Translations under genes and position numbers: made by a program
Origin: Guillardia theta CCMP2712
Lineage: Eukaryota > Protista > Cryptophyta
DNA length: 64,000 nucleotides
NCBI RefSeq assembly: GCF_000315625.1
Contig: NW_005434636.1
Location: 455,298-519,297, forward strand
Direction of reading: 5' to 3'
Shown: piece after piece, positions 1-11,806 of the stretch
Layout of the letters: each line of letters opens with the position of its first letter
Position numbering within the stretch: position 1 is the stretch's first letter
Notes under the pieces: model-generated
Seen by the model: the letters and a program-made list of their open reading frames with translations, nothing else
Database searches by the model: none
Told to the model about the DNA's origin: nothing

Positions 1-310
1 GGAAGAAAAATGGAGTCGAATGGAGGCCAAGGCGGTGAAGGAGGGGAGGAACGAGGGAAACGGTTCTATTTTTGTGACGGAGGAAGCGGAAGTGGTTGGG
101 ATGTACGGAGAGGAGAAGAGGAGTCTATGAAGCAATGTTGATGAAAAAGAAAGAAGCGGAATTTGTTGGGGATGAGGACGGGGTGGAGACATCGGGATAA
201 TGACGGGTACATGATCACAGGGTCGCCGACCAAAGGCCACGGTGAAAGTGGTTTACAGGCCAGCCTTATACTTGTTCCTCCTGTCTCATACTTGCATTCT
301 TGGTTGCAAT

Positions 311-2486
311 ATGAAGTCGTCGGCTCAGTTGTCTCGATTGGCCGAAAGCAGTATAGGGATCACGGAGTACATCTCTGAAACGCCGGGAATCAAGGGCTCG
401 ATGAAGTACCGGTTCTCCGACTTTATCGTGCGAGAGGTCGCCATGGACAAGACGGTCGTGTGCTTGACGGATATGTCGGGCAAGCTGGAAGGAGCGCCGG
501 CGCAGGAGGTGGCAGAGGAAGGAGTTGATGGGTTCGAAAAGCTGGAATCTTTGGTCGGTAAGGAGGTGGCAGCCCGTGTAAAGACCTTGGTAGAGCAAGA
601 TGAGGTGGACGGAGCAGCTGAGATTGTCCTGGAGGCAGACGCTGACAAGGCCCATCGGACGGCCGTGCATACTTGTATCAAACAGCACTTTCCTAAGCTG
701 ACCACAGACACCGTCAAGGTTGGGAGTGACCAGAAAACTGCCGTGCGGATTTTTTCCAAGGTTGACAACTCGAAAGGAAGGCCTAACAAGCGACAGCGGA
801 GAGAGGCAATCTTTCAGGGCGCCAAGCGTGATGCCAAATTCATCAAATTTGTGCTGTACAAAGAGAACCTGGACACGATGGCTGCTGTGTCGATCATTTC
901 GAAGATGGTGAAGACGAAAGGCGGTACCTTCTCGTATGCTGGCACCAAGGACAGGCGAGCTTGCACCACACAGCTTGTGTCTGCGCATCGAGTTGACCCT
1001 TTCGTGCTGACGGACCTCAACAAGAGACTCCGAAACATCTGCATTGGAAATCTTTCTGTCTGTGAACAAACTCTTAAGCTTGGTCAGCTGTACGGGAATC
1101 GATTCCAGATCATTCTCCGCGATGTTCAAGCCAGTGAAGGCTCAATAGAAGCGCTCTGCAATTCTCTTAAGGAAAAAGGCTTCATCAACTACTTTGGGAA
1201 GCAAAGGTTTGGGACAAGTTCTATCCCCACATACTCGATTGGAAGGGAGATCTTGCATGAGGACTGGGAAAAAGCTGCTGACTTGATCCTGTGCCCACGA
1301 GACGGGGAGAAAGAAGAGTCAAAGACAGCAAGAGAGAAGTTCAAGGAACATAAGGATCCCGCAAAGGCCCTCGAAGAATTCCCCAGGTGGATGTTTGCTG
1401 AGAGGACGTTGTTGGACGTGTACAAGAAGCGAGGGATGAACTCTCATCTCAACGCTCTCCAGGCTCTGCCAAGAAACCTGCGATTGATGTACATTCACTC
1501 TTACCAGAGCTACATCTGGAACAAGATGGTCAGCGAGAGGCTCCGGATGTACGGCAAGGACAGGCCAGTGGAAGGCGATCTCGTGCTGGAGAGCAAAGAC
1601 GTGGAAAGCGAGAGCTTGTTCGACTTGGAGGGGGTGGACGAGTCGACTCTGAGCGGTGCGAATGCCTCGGAGGAGCAGGAGAGCGATCATGACAAATGGA
1701 CCAAGAGTCATCCCAAGAAGGTGCGACGACGGCTCGACTTAGCGACGACAGACTAATGTCTGCCCAGGTCAAGGTACTTGCAGCGAGCGATGTGGACAAA
1801 TACTCCATCTTCGACGTCGTGCTGCCCCTCCCCGGGGTATCGATCTCGTACCCTACGAACGAGATAGGCAAGAAGGTCGACAAACGGCTCTCGGCCGCCC
1901 CCTCTGCCTCTGACGCCTCCCCTTGCAGTACGAAGAAGCCCTCAAGGCCGATGGCCTGGACATCAACAATCTCGCCAACAAGAACAAGGAGTTCACACTC
2001 AGCGGAGACTACAGAAAGATTCTGTCGCAGGCGGAAGATTTCAGCTGGGAAACTGTGAGGACGGAGTTTGCGCTCTGCGCAACTGACACTCCAGCAGATT
2101 GACTACAAGAACCCCAAGGGCGACCTGCAGGCGACGGACCTGGAGAAAATTAAGGTAAGGAAGCTGGCATCGTAGCTCCTGCTCAGGCTGTTCAGGGGTC
2201 CTCAGACGAAGACGTCAGGAGAGCAGCAGACAAGGAGGCAGCAGCAGACGCCAAGGCTCGCAGGGCCTTGAAGCTTTCCTTCACTCTCCGGTCCAGCACG
2301 TGAGTTGCAGCCCCTCGCTCCCAACCTACTTGAGCTGACGTGCTGCAGGTATGCGACCATGTGCGTCCGAGAGCTGCTAAAGGAATACGTGGAAGAGGTG
2401 AGAGAGGGACGATACGTCCAGGGTTGACAAGAGTGCAGGCAGCATGCGGGTTAAGCTTCGAGGAGAAACCCGGCGAGAGCGAGTAA
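311..2486 (+). CDS. PUS7: tRNA/mRNA pseudouridine synthase, TruD/PUS7 family (multi-exon)
   Basis: Contains GITEY..KYRFSDFIVRE, catalytic YAGTKDRRACTTQ, LGQLYGNRFQIILR, GFINYFGKQRFG and YIHSYQSYIWN. Spliced 3' exons give IFDVVLPLPG, LSGDYRKIL and LSFTLRSSTYATMCVRELLK. First intron ~1721-1767. Confidence 0.95.
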
Positions 2487-2705
2487 GAGCATGAGAGTGG
2501 CAGGGAAAAGGGGCAAGGAGCGGAGTACGGTGAAGTTGAGGAGAGAGGAGGTGGAAAGAGTACAGCGGAAGGGAGGAGAAGATCAGAGGACGAGGGTAGT
2601 ATCAAAGTGTAAGAGATTGAGATTAACGAGATCTATTGCTGAGTGTTCCATTCACAACCCCTCGCGTTCATCCGTCCGAAGATACGGTCAACTTTGCTAC
2701 GACGT

Positions 2706-3613
2706 TCACTCGTTCCACCACTCGTTGACCTTCTTGCCCTGGTACCTGAAACACAAGTCAAGCGACAAACCCCCCGAGCGAGGGCTTACAAGATGGAGGC
2801 TACTCCCAACGTCGCTACGAGCCCTGGCAAGGCAAGTCAGACCATGACAACTCTTGCTCGCCCCCACCAGCAGGCATGAACTTCTGAGTCTGGATCGCGC
2901 GGTGTCCCATCCCCGTAGCCTGTTGGCAGGTGTCAGGAGGAGCTGTGGGGCAGCCATGGCGCTACCAGTGCGAGAGAAGAAGCCAACGCCAGGAGGTGCC
3001 CAGACTCTGCATCTCTCAACTTCAGCGAGAACGTTTGCGGTGCTCCCACTCACTGTTCTGTCCTGATTGGATGAGCAGCCCAGAGCCTGAGGAGGAGATG
3101 AGATCTGCATGACTCAAAACCGCCGCACTCACCGAGGAAGAGCGCTCCCACCGCAGAGCCCGCGATCAACGAGGCCTTGCTTCCCTTCTCTGCGTTCACA
3201 GTCAGCTCATGGCGAACATAGACTGAGCTGCATATGTCACACATGCCGCATGACAGCAGCAGAGAGCGCATGAGAGCACAGAAAAGGAGGAGGAGCATCG
3301 GGAGCAGGAGCAGCAGGAGCAGCAGCAGCAGCAGCATCGGGAGCAGCAAGAGAGGGAGCAAGAGCAGGAATAGGAGCCTGAAGAGAAGGAGAAGGAGGAG
3401 AAGGAGAAGGAGGAGGAGAGGGAGAGGAAGAAGGGATAGGGATAGAGGGAGAGGGAGAGGGAGGAGAGGGAGAGGGAGGGGGAGGGGGAGGGAGAGGGAG
3501 AGGGGGAGTGGGAGTGGGAAGAGCCATTGAATGTTCTTACTCGTCCACGCATAGATTCCTCCGGCCGTCAAGACCGCCGCCATGGTGAAGCTCATATGCG
3601 CTGATCCTCCCAT
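2706..3613 (-). CDS. TMEM14 (UPF0136/FAX-like) small membrane protein (multi-exon)
   Basis: Spliced reading: MGGSAHMSFTMAAVLTAGGIYAW..KGSKASLIAGSAVGALFLG..QKFMPAG..LVATLGVASIL..YQGKKVNEWWNE*. GS..SL.AG and KFMPAG are TMEM14 hallmarks. Confidence 0.85.
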
Positions 3614-4023
3614 TCGATAGCACAAAGGACTACCCCCACCCCCTCCTTACCCATAAGAAAGCATACCCCATAGGTTGCTCTCTCTTTACGGTGGAGTACC
3701 CCACCCCCTGCTACAGGGCCCAAGAACCGCCTGCTACCGCCCACTGGCCCCTCCTGTTGTGGTCCGGGCCAAGGCAAGAGGGGTAGGAGAGGGAGGAAGA
3801 TGAGAGAGGAGGAGAGAAGAGAACGAGAGTTGTGTCAGAGGATCGCAAGGCGAGCAAGGGAGCAGGGTCAAGATCGAGCGCAGGGAGAAGAAGCGAGGCG
3901 ATTGAAAGGCAAGCTCGCATGCTTGATTGCCCCCCAGCAAGAGATTGATAAGACCATGGAGGAAGGAAGAAGCCAAGGCCATCAACTAGATCTTGAATCG
4001 AAGATGTGAACAAGTCGGGCCAT

Positions 4024-5961
4024 ATGAAGCTCTATGGGTGTTCGTTGCAAGCATTGCTTTGCTTGGCCATCCTGCAGCTTTCGTACCCCTGGGATATTCA
4101 AGTCGCAAACAGCATTGAGCCCTCCGACAAGAGAATCCTTTCATGTCTAGCGACAAGGCTGAGAGGAGGACGAAATTCTTCCCTCCCTACTCTGATCGAC
4201 ATCAAATTTGCTCCATTCTCCACGCACTTGAACCGTCCTCCTCCTCGATCATCACCACCGCCGCCTCCTCCTCCTGCTCTTCATCCCGCTCCTCCCTCCC
4301 TCCCTCCTCCTCCTCCTCCTCCTAACACGAACTCATTGGGTTTCCTACATGTAGGAGAGCTCATCCCGCTCATCTCCTTCAAGAGTGGAAGCATGATGCA
4401 CACGCAGGCTGTTCTCAGCTTTGCTCAGCAGGGACTTATCTGGCAAGTTTTCCTCCCGCCGTCCAGCTCAGGCGCAGCTGAAGGCTCGAGAGCCACCCGG
4501 CACTGTATCCTCCACAGCTCCTATGATTCCATCACCTCCTTCGATCTTCAGTTCGAGAGGATGCTTTCTCAGCGCGAGCGCTTTCCTCTCGTCCGCATGA
4601 GCGTCGAGCTCAAGGTGCCGCCTAGAATGATGGCATGTGAAGCTGCAGGTGGCAGGAGGGTGAGCCAGCCCGGTCGGCTCATCGTCACGTGGATGAAGCT
4701 TGAGGACGCGAGCATCCTTGAGCAAAAGCTGTGCAGGATACAAGAGGAGCAGGAGAAGCAGCTAGGGAGGTCGGTGACCATGGTGCTGCCTGCGTGGGTA
4801 CAGGTGAGGCACTACTTACGCCTCCTCCTCCTCCTCCTCCTCCTCCTCCTCCTCCTTCTAGTCCTTGGTTGATGGGACTGACGAAGCCTCTACAGCTCCT
4901 GCACAACTTCCTTCCCACGTGTTTGTACAGTCCTTCCTTGCGCAAGGGGTTAGAGACAGTGGTTGTTGCGTGGATGTCGATCTCGGGCCTCTGGGCCTGC
5001 TGGCAGCTCTACCAGCATGTCGAGCTCTTCGGAGCCGCTCTGAGGCCCTTCGTGAAGGTCCTTCGGATGCGGTTCGAGTGGATCATGCAGAAGATCAACA
5101 AGACGTTCCAGACCTGGACTGACAAGTACATCCACTGGCTCAAGCCCCTTGACGTCATCCGGGACCGTCTCTTCTCCTCTGGGGCCATGAGCAGCCTCCT
5201 GGTGCGTGCTCTTCATATCCTGCATGCTTCCTGACTTGTCCATGCCAGGCCCATGAGATCTCGAGGATCTACGGGGTTGTCGCCAGCACAGCGGAGCCTC
5301 TCCTCTCCTCCGTGCAGGCCGGCATGCAGATGTTGTTGGCGTCAGTGGCCGCAAGCACGGCCTCGCTCTCTGCTGCAATCTCGCCCTATACCTCGAGCAT
5401 GTACCTGCCTGGCATAGGAGCTGTGCAGAAGAATCTAGCAAGCAAGACTTCTCTCCGAGCAGCCAACAGCATCTCCTCATACTACAGGAGCTACTCCAAG
5501 AGCTTCCAAGAAGGAGCCAAGACCCTCCTGCATCTTCTCTCGTCGAGGAAGGTGTTCTCCCCCACTCCCTCCTCCCTCCTCTTAACCTCACTCCCCCTGC
5601 TCCCTGCCGTATCGAGTGCAGTACTTGACAAGATGGGCAGGCGAGCCTTGGACAAGAAAGTCTTGCTCGTGTCGGCACCTTGTACTTCCGCATGCTCGTC
5701 CAAACATGCAGAAACCTCTGGCGGCGTCTGCCATGGTCTTCCAACGAGCAGCTCCTTGCCCCCAAACCTCCTGCAGCCACGGCTCCTCTATTAGCGGTAA
5801 ACGGCAGCATCGTCGATGGGGACTTGATGGAGTTGTGCTCCGACCGGAGCAGCATGAGCCCCAGGAGGTCGTGCAAGAGGAGCATTTCATCGCCCGACAT
5901 GTCTCCCAGGCGATCCAGGTCGATCAGTCATGGAGAGCTGCAGGTTGAGGAGAGGCTGTGA
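4024..5961 (+). CDS. Hypothetical multi-exon protein with hydrophobic N-terminus and a probable TM segment
   Basis: ORF segments at 4006-4872, 4731-5234 and 5680-5961 can be joined by GT-AG introns. No recognisable domain. Confidence 0.5.
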
Positions 5962-6074
5962 ATACCATCTTATGTCAAATGAACGTCACCAATATCAATG
6001 GCTCGTTTGATTCGTCTCTTCATTTCCGTTCAACAAGAAACCCAACAGCTCCATAGTAGTTTCCCGCTGTGCTT

Positions 6075-9000
6075 CTAAGAGAACTCCGTGGTCTCCAACC
6101 ACTCGAAGCAAAGTTGTCGCTGCCAGCAGCCGTCAGGCGGTTAATTGGCTGCTCGCATGCTCACCTGCTCCTCGCTCCATGTGCTCTTCGCGGACCGGGA
6201 GATGGAGGGTACCACCCCTCCTAACGCTCGAATGCTATCGGCCCCCTCCTCTCCGGTGCACGGCTTGATCAGGTCCTTGAGCATCGCTGCAGCAGCATGT
6301 CAGCATGGAACGAGGCTCTGAGTTCCATCACCCCGCTGCTTCTTCTCCGCCATCATCTTGCCAAGGAGCGTCTCCTGTGGGGACGTAGAGCACATCAGCC
6401 ATAGTAGAGTTCTGCCAGCAAGGAGATAACCTGAACGTAGTCAAGGTCCGCTGGGTTGATTCCGGGCAGCCGCAGGAGCTGCTGGCGCACGAGAGGAGTG
6501 ATGGTGACGAGATTCATGTAGATGTCTCTGAGAAGATGCAGCAGCGCAGCCTCTGAAGCGATGGACTGCTAGCGAATGAGGAGGATGAAACAAGGTCACG
6601 ACCGTCTCCTCTCACCTCCAAGGGGTTCGATTTCGACGTCAGTGCGAGCAGCACGATACCGAGAAGATCGCCAGCCAGCATCTGACGGGAGTTCAGGGAA
6701 GGAAGGGAACATCGCAGTCAAAGTCACTTGATGATAAGCCTCGTTCCCTCTGACGCGCGGGATGACCTTCTGAAGTGACAGCATGGCCCGAGAGGATGCA
6801 GTAGAGTCTGGCCAGATGAACGCGTTGCACATCAACTTGACAACAGTCAAGAGGGCAACTAGAACGGGAGAGTCCAGATGCACAGACCTGTACCAGCACC
6901 GGTCCAATGTCGGGGCAAGCCAAGACGAACTCGGTGAGCTCCTTCCCTTGCTGCGTCCCTGTGACGCCGCCCTGTCACGCACGTGTCATTATGGCAAGAC
7001 CCCTCACCGGCCTTGCATCACCTTGTTCGGATTATCTCCTTCAGCTTGCGCAGTACCGTTCTTCACCTCCATTAGAGCTGCTGCTGCTGCTATTGCGGCT
7101 TGACCCTGCGCGTTCAGTGTCATCATGCTGAAATCTTCCGAGTGCAGAGCAGACCTGCCCTTCATCCACTAGTGACAGGACGAGCTCCCCGACCTGTAAC
7201 AAGCAAATTCAGCCCCAGGGCTCCAAGTTTCCAAAGCTTTTCACACACTTCGCGGTGTAAGAGGCGAAGGATCTGATCAAAGATGATGTCATCCTTTTCT
7301 GTCCCCTGGCTTGCGCCTGCACTGCTTACTCCGCTATCCCTATCTTTCATGGTCTGAAGGTAAAGGTATGAGGGAGCACAAGCTCAACAACATAACCATA
7401 CTTTGTATCCACCATCCAGTCGATTCAGCAGCAAGCTCAGAAACGAGGGTAGGAAGGGGCGGAGAATCCTCATGTACAAGGCGGAGGGGCAGTTACGAAT
7501 AAGTGGCCCAACAAAGAGCCTTAGAATACTTCGCAGATGCCTATGCTCCATGGCGGGCGCGAGCCCCTGCAGCTCAAAAGTCAATCAAATCTGCAACGTC
7601 GGTGCGTATGAAGATGCGGAAATATGATCATTGTGCAAGCAGCAGTGATGATTTCAAACATGTTGGACCACTTACCAAGATATTTTCCAAGTAAGAAGGA
7701 TTTGAATTGATAACAACGTAAAACCCATCACAGAATCCGGATATAATTCCGGCCAGTTGATAGGAACCGTCCCGAACGTGACGGATCCAAGTATAAACAT
7801 CTGTTACCCGACTTTCCAAGCTGGATGGTCCCTTCTGCGTCTCAAGAGCAGCATTGCCTGCTTTTGCAAACGAGGGATCCACAGCCGCTTCGAATTCGAC
7901 TGGTTTATATAGAACCTGATCAACCATGAGATCTGTGAGCAAGAAGAAAGAACATCAGAGACCTGCCATTCTTGGGACAAGCGGGTCCGCACATCAGGCG
8001 TCCAAAGGGTGTGGATACTCTTGATGAGTAGGCTTAGGTTGGGCAGTATGGAAGAGATATGGTTGCTGATCGAATAGAGAGACCCATTCTTTGTATTCGA
8101 CGAATGGACTCCCGTGCCCATCCCTCCTCCCCCAGCCTGTACTCTTCTGCATATGCAGAGCAGAGTGATAAGCACCTGGTGGATCCGATGTCGCACCTGC
8201 CGGAGATTGTAGTAGGTTTCTTCCGAAGGAATAATCTCGCCAGCTATGCCACCTTGAACCCATGCGTGAGGATCGGACATGGCTTGTGTCAAGACCGGGT
8301 CATTCCATTCTGCGAGAGGTTGCATCATGATGCTGTCAAGGAACGCGGCCCTCTCGGCGTCGGACGGCAGAGGGTTTGAAAGGACGAAGAGCAGCTCATA
8401 AAGGTGCGAAGTTTCTTCTCCTGTCACTTGTCCACTTGAAAACAAACTCTGGACTTTGTTGTTGATCTGGTCCCTGTAAGGCAAAAGATGAGCAGACATG
8501 GCGTGCGCCAGTTTTACAATAGCTGCACTGAGCCGCCGCCGCATGGTGACCGTATCACTAAGATTCAAACTTGTCCTCAATGTATTGGATACAAAGGAGG
8601 ATTCTGACGAGATTGGGAACAAATCATAGAAATTGAGCATTTTTGAAATGATCTCGGCGCCTAATCCACTGTCCCCGCCACGCATTCGCAAGAATGGAAT
8701 CAAGACAACCAGACCCATTCTCACTATAGAAGCCATGACAATTTGTCCGTTGACATCTCTGGAAACCAAAATGCCCACAAGCATTCTGCAGGCCCCATTC
8801 ACATCGTCATTTTCATTCTGAAAATTTGCCAGAGGAACTCCAAGAATTATGTTCTCGAGCACACTCTGAAGTGCTTCAATCCTAGAGTCGACCTTCTCAT
8901 CCAAGGATTGGACCCCATTTAAAAGAAGCTCTTGGGTCTGCTGGAGGGCATTTTGCCACTGAGCTCCAATGAACATGATGCTATTCAATGGCATCAAATT

Positions 9001-10548
9001 AGCCAGCTTCCTCACGATTTCCAAAACTTTGGCCTTCACTTGACCCCAGAATTTGAAATACTCATCAAAATCCGAAAATTCTTCAACACCGCACAGATCT
9101 TCCCAGTCAGAACCAGGTTTGCAGGAGACTTTGTCTAAAATAGTCGCCATCAGGGCTTCGTGTATTTGAGGGGGAAGATTTACACCGGTTACAGCATTTT
9201 GACCATCCAAGTAATTACGCCAGAAGGGCGTCGTGATAGCTGTTATCGCAAGAGCATGATAGTTTGTGAATGATGCCATAAGGCTCAGATACCCCTCGAC
9301 TATGGTTTGCTGTGAAGAGAAGGAAGTCCAAAAATTTAGGCCAAGTTCAGTCAAGGCAACGCAGAGTCCTTTGTGAAAATCGAACTCAGTCTGTTGCAAC
9401 AAGCCGCCCTTGCAAAGTTCCAACAAGGAGCCAACGAGATTTGTTACAGCTTCATGAGGAACGTCTTTGCATTTTTTCGCACAAATTGCTTGCAAGACTC
9501 CCAAAGCTTCACCACGGAGATCAGGATTGGCCAGCAGTGCACAGATCGCTTGCAACAAACCACACTGGGCAAGAACCTGAAAAGATGAGAGTGGAGCATA
9601 TGCTTCAAACATTTTCAATGCTGCGCTGACAAGACACTTTGCTTTTTGCTTCTCGAGATCAACTGAGGACTGAAACAGAAGAAATTTTTCCTCCAAGACT
9701 TGGAAGCAGAAGGCGAACAGGCTGGCGAATTCATTGTTCAAGGCGACAAGAAGTTCGTTCCGACGAGCATCGCTGAGCTGATCTTCGTCAAACATTCCCT
9801 GAAGAACAGAGGTAAGAGGATAGAAAACAACTTCTTCAGAACAAACACCAAGGATCAATTGGAAACGGTATTTGAAAACATATCGACCATATTCAAACCA
9901 AAAAAATGAGGGCAGGTTACGGTACCTCAGCAATTCCTCGGAGCACATGTAGAACCAGTTCACAGTGCGAATCTCCCGTCCGAGACAACGAAGTAAGTTC
10001 AGCAAACAGAGAAGGCCACTGATGCGGCCACTCCCGTTTGGCAATGAGCGCAACAATCTGTTGATGTTTCAAGTCAATGGATTCGTCTTAGATTTCAAAA
10101 AAGGGAAAAGAGAGGGCAAGACAACCTGCACAGCCTTTTCTTTCAAGAATCGAGGTTCTACCAACAAATCCGTATTCCATTTGGATATGATTTCTAGTGA
10201 AACAATCTTCAATTGTGCCCTGCTGCTTGGGTCCAACGTATTCCATCGTTTCGTGATCAAGTGTTCATAAAGCTGGAATCCAAAGTGTCTCACATGATGC
10301 GGCAAAGAAGCCGATACAAGCTGCGATGCAAGGCTGTACGCTCGAAGGTCGTCAGACTTCGCACTCTCGCAGATGTTGTGGGCGAATTGACGATCATTCT
10401 GATTGGATTTTGGATCGTGCAAAATCTGCAATACAATAGAGTCATCAACTACCAAATCACGGTTGAAAGGAGGAGATCTTATGAAATCGGATAGTACATG
10501 TACCTGAAGTGCATTCACGAACTCGATCAGCTCTGGCGACTGCTCCAT
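6075..10548 (-). CDS. XPO5: Exportin-5 (XPO5/HASTY/Msn5-like karyopherin-beta), multi-exon
   Basis: Importin-beta N-terminal and Xpo1-type motifs: HHVRHFGFQLYEHLITKRWN, EPRFLKEKAVQV and, after splicing, IAKREWP. A long HEAT-like helical exon spans ~7970-9860. Confidence 0.8.
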
Positions 10549-11263
10549 GGTTTCGAAAGCACCCGTGTTGCACACAGTGTGTTTTTTTGTCTAATGTTGC
10601 AACTTTTGGCCAGGAAGAAACAATTCTATGATTGCTCGATCAAAGCCCTCAGGAAACAAACTATTGCCTCCACGCGGCAACGCTGAAGCTTCTCAATGAC
10701 TGATTGTCACCAGCTGGGTAAGAGCAAGAAAGGGGCACAGATCGGAACGAACGCACGTATAGGGGGCTTGGCTCTGAGATTATGGGAGCGGTCAAGGAGC
10801 CAAGGAAACCGAAGGAGGAGGAGAAGGTGCGGATGAGGAGAGGGAGAGAGTAGGTACGAGAGCAAGGAGCATGACTAGTCGCAGCCCCTGCCAGCCTGCT
10901 GCTACTTGTGCATTGGAGAGCGCATGCCAAGGGATCCAATCGAGTGTAATCGGGGGTAGGGGGTAGAATGATAGGAGAGACTACCCGGTGTTATGAATAT
11001 GAAAAGAGCGGGTGGTGGGGGATTATTGAGTCAACTTGGGTGGGGGTGAAGGGTGCGGGGTGGGTTTGAAAAAGATGCGACCCCCACCCCCCACCCGTAC
11101 CAGTGATAACCACCCCACTACCCTTCTCTCTGTGGCTTCCTTACTTTTACCTACTACACTACCCCCAGAATTACTTCGCATCCACCCCTACCCACCCACC
11201 CTTCCTAATGCCTGGCTAGCTGTTGTACCCGGACTGGCCTAGTTCCGACAAATTTAGTTAGGA

Positions 11264-11409
11264 CCTTGTCAGTTCGCATCGTCGGATCCATAGCCGCATG
11301 GGCCGGCGTCATCCTCTTCCAGGCGATCATGGGAAACTGGCGGCTACGTCGCATTTTCTGGGTCTCGGTGGTTCTGCGATGTGCCGGGGGGATTTTTGAC
11401 ATCCTCATC
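11264..11409 (+). repeat. Captured fragment A: inverted 146-bp copy of 56036-56181 (BT1 transporter exon plus 9 nt of intron)
   Basis: Direct reverse-complement match from ccttgtcagttcgcatcgtcgg to gacatcctcatc. ORFs 11266+ and 56179- share the same translation. Confidence 0.97.
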
Positions 11410-11410
11410 A

Positions 11411-11696
11411 TGACAGCATCGCGCAAGATACCGCTGGATGTTGAGGAATGTGCCTTGCCAACAGCAGCAGTAGAGTCTCTATTACTGAGCAAAAGATGTC
11501 AATCACAAGTCGTGTCCATGATTTCAATAGCACTGATCGTCTGACGAGTGAGGGGCTCTGCCCTTCACGACAAGGACATTCTTGCTTCCTGTTGACATGC
11601 TGCTCTGGTTGTCTTGACTGGCGTAGCTCTCGAGGTCTTGGTCGAAGGAGGAGCGGAATTTAGAGTTCAAGTATCCATACCCCCTCACCTTGGAGT
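11411..11696 (+). repeat. Captured fragment B: inverted 286-bp copy of 53402-53687 (5' part of the gene at 53353)
   Basis: Reverse-complement match from tgacagcatcgcgcaag to cccctcaccttggagt. Only two mismatches noticed, near 11566-11572. Confidence 0.97.
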
Positions 11697-11806
11697 CAAT
11701 GGGGCTGTATGAGGGTCTTAAAAAAGAAAAGTTTGTGGCTCTCGTTTCATCTAAGTTCCCGCCATTACAGACCTGCTATGGTTTCGCCAGACTAACATAC
11801 TATAAC

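Noticed and set aside
3050-3625. Poly-L/P/R/S ORFs here and at ~49.5, 56.2-56.8 and 57.8 kb
   Set aside because: Translations of intronic GA/CCT microsatellites.
11205-11663. Small ORFs upstream of the Fanzor as accessory genes
   Set aside because: They are fully explained by the copied fragments of the 53.4-kb and 56.1-kb loci.
11690-11806. TTG-initiated N-terminal extension of the Fanzor ORF
   Set aside because: It starts inside captured fragment B. The ATG at 11807 followed by the basic MPRKRKR is the more plausible start.
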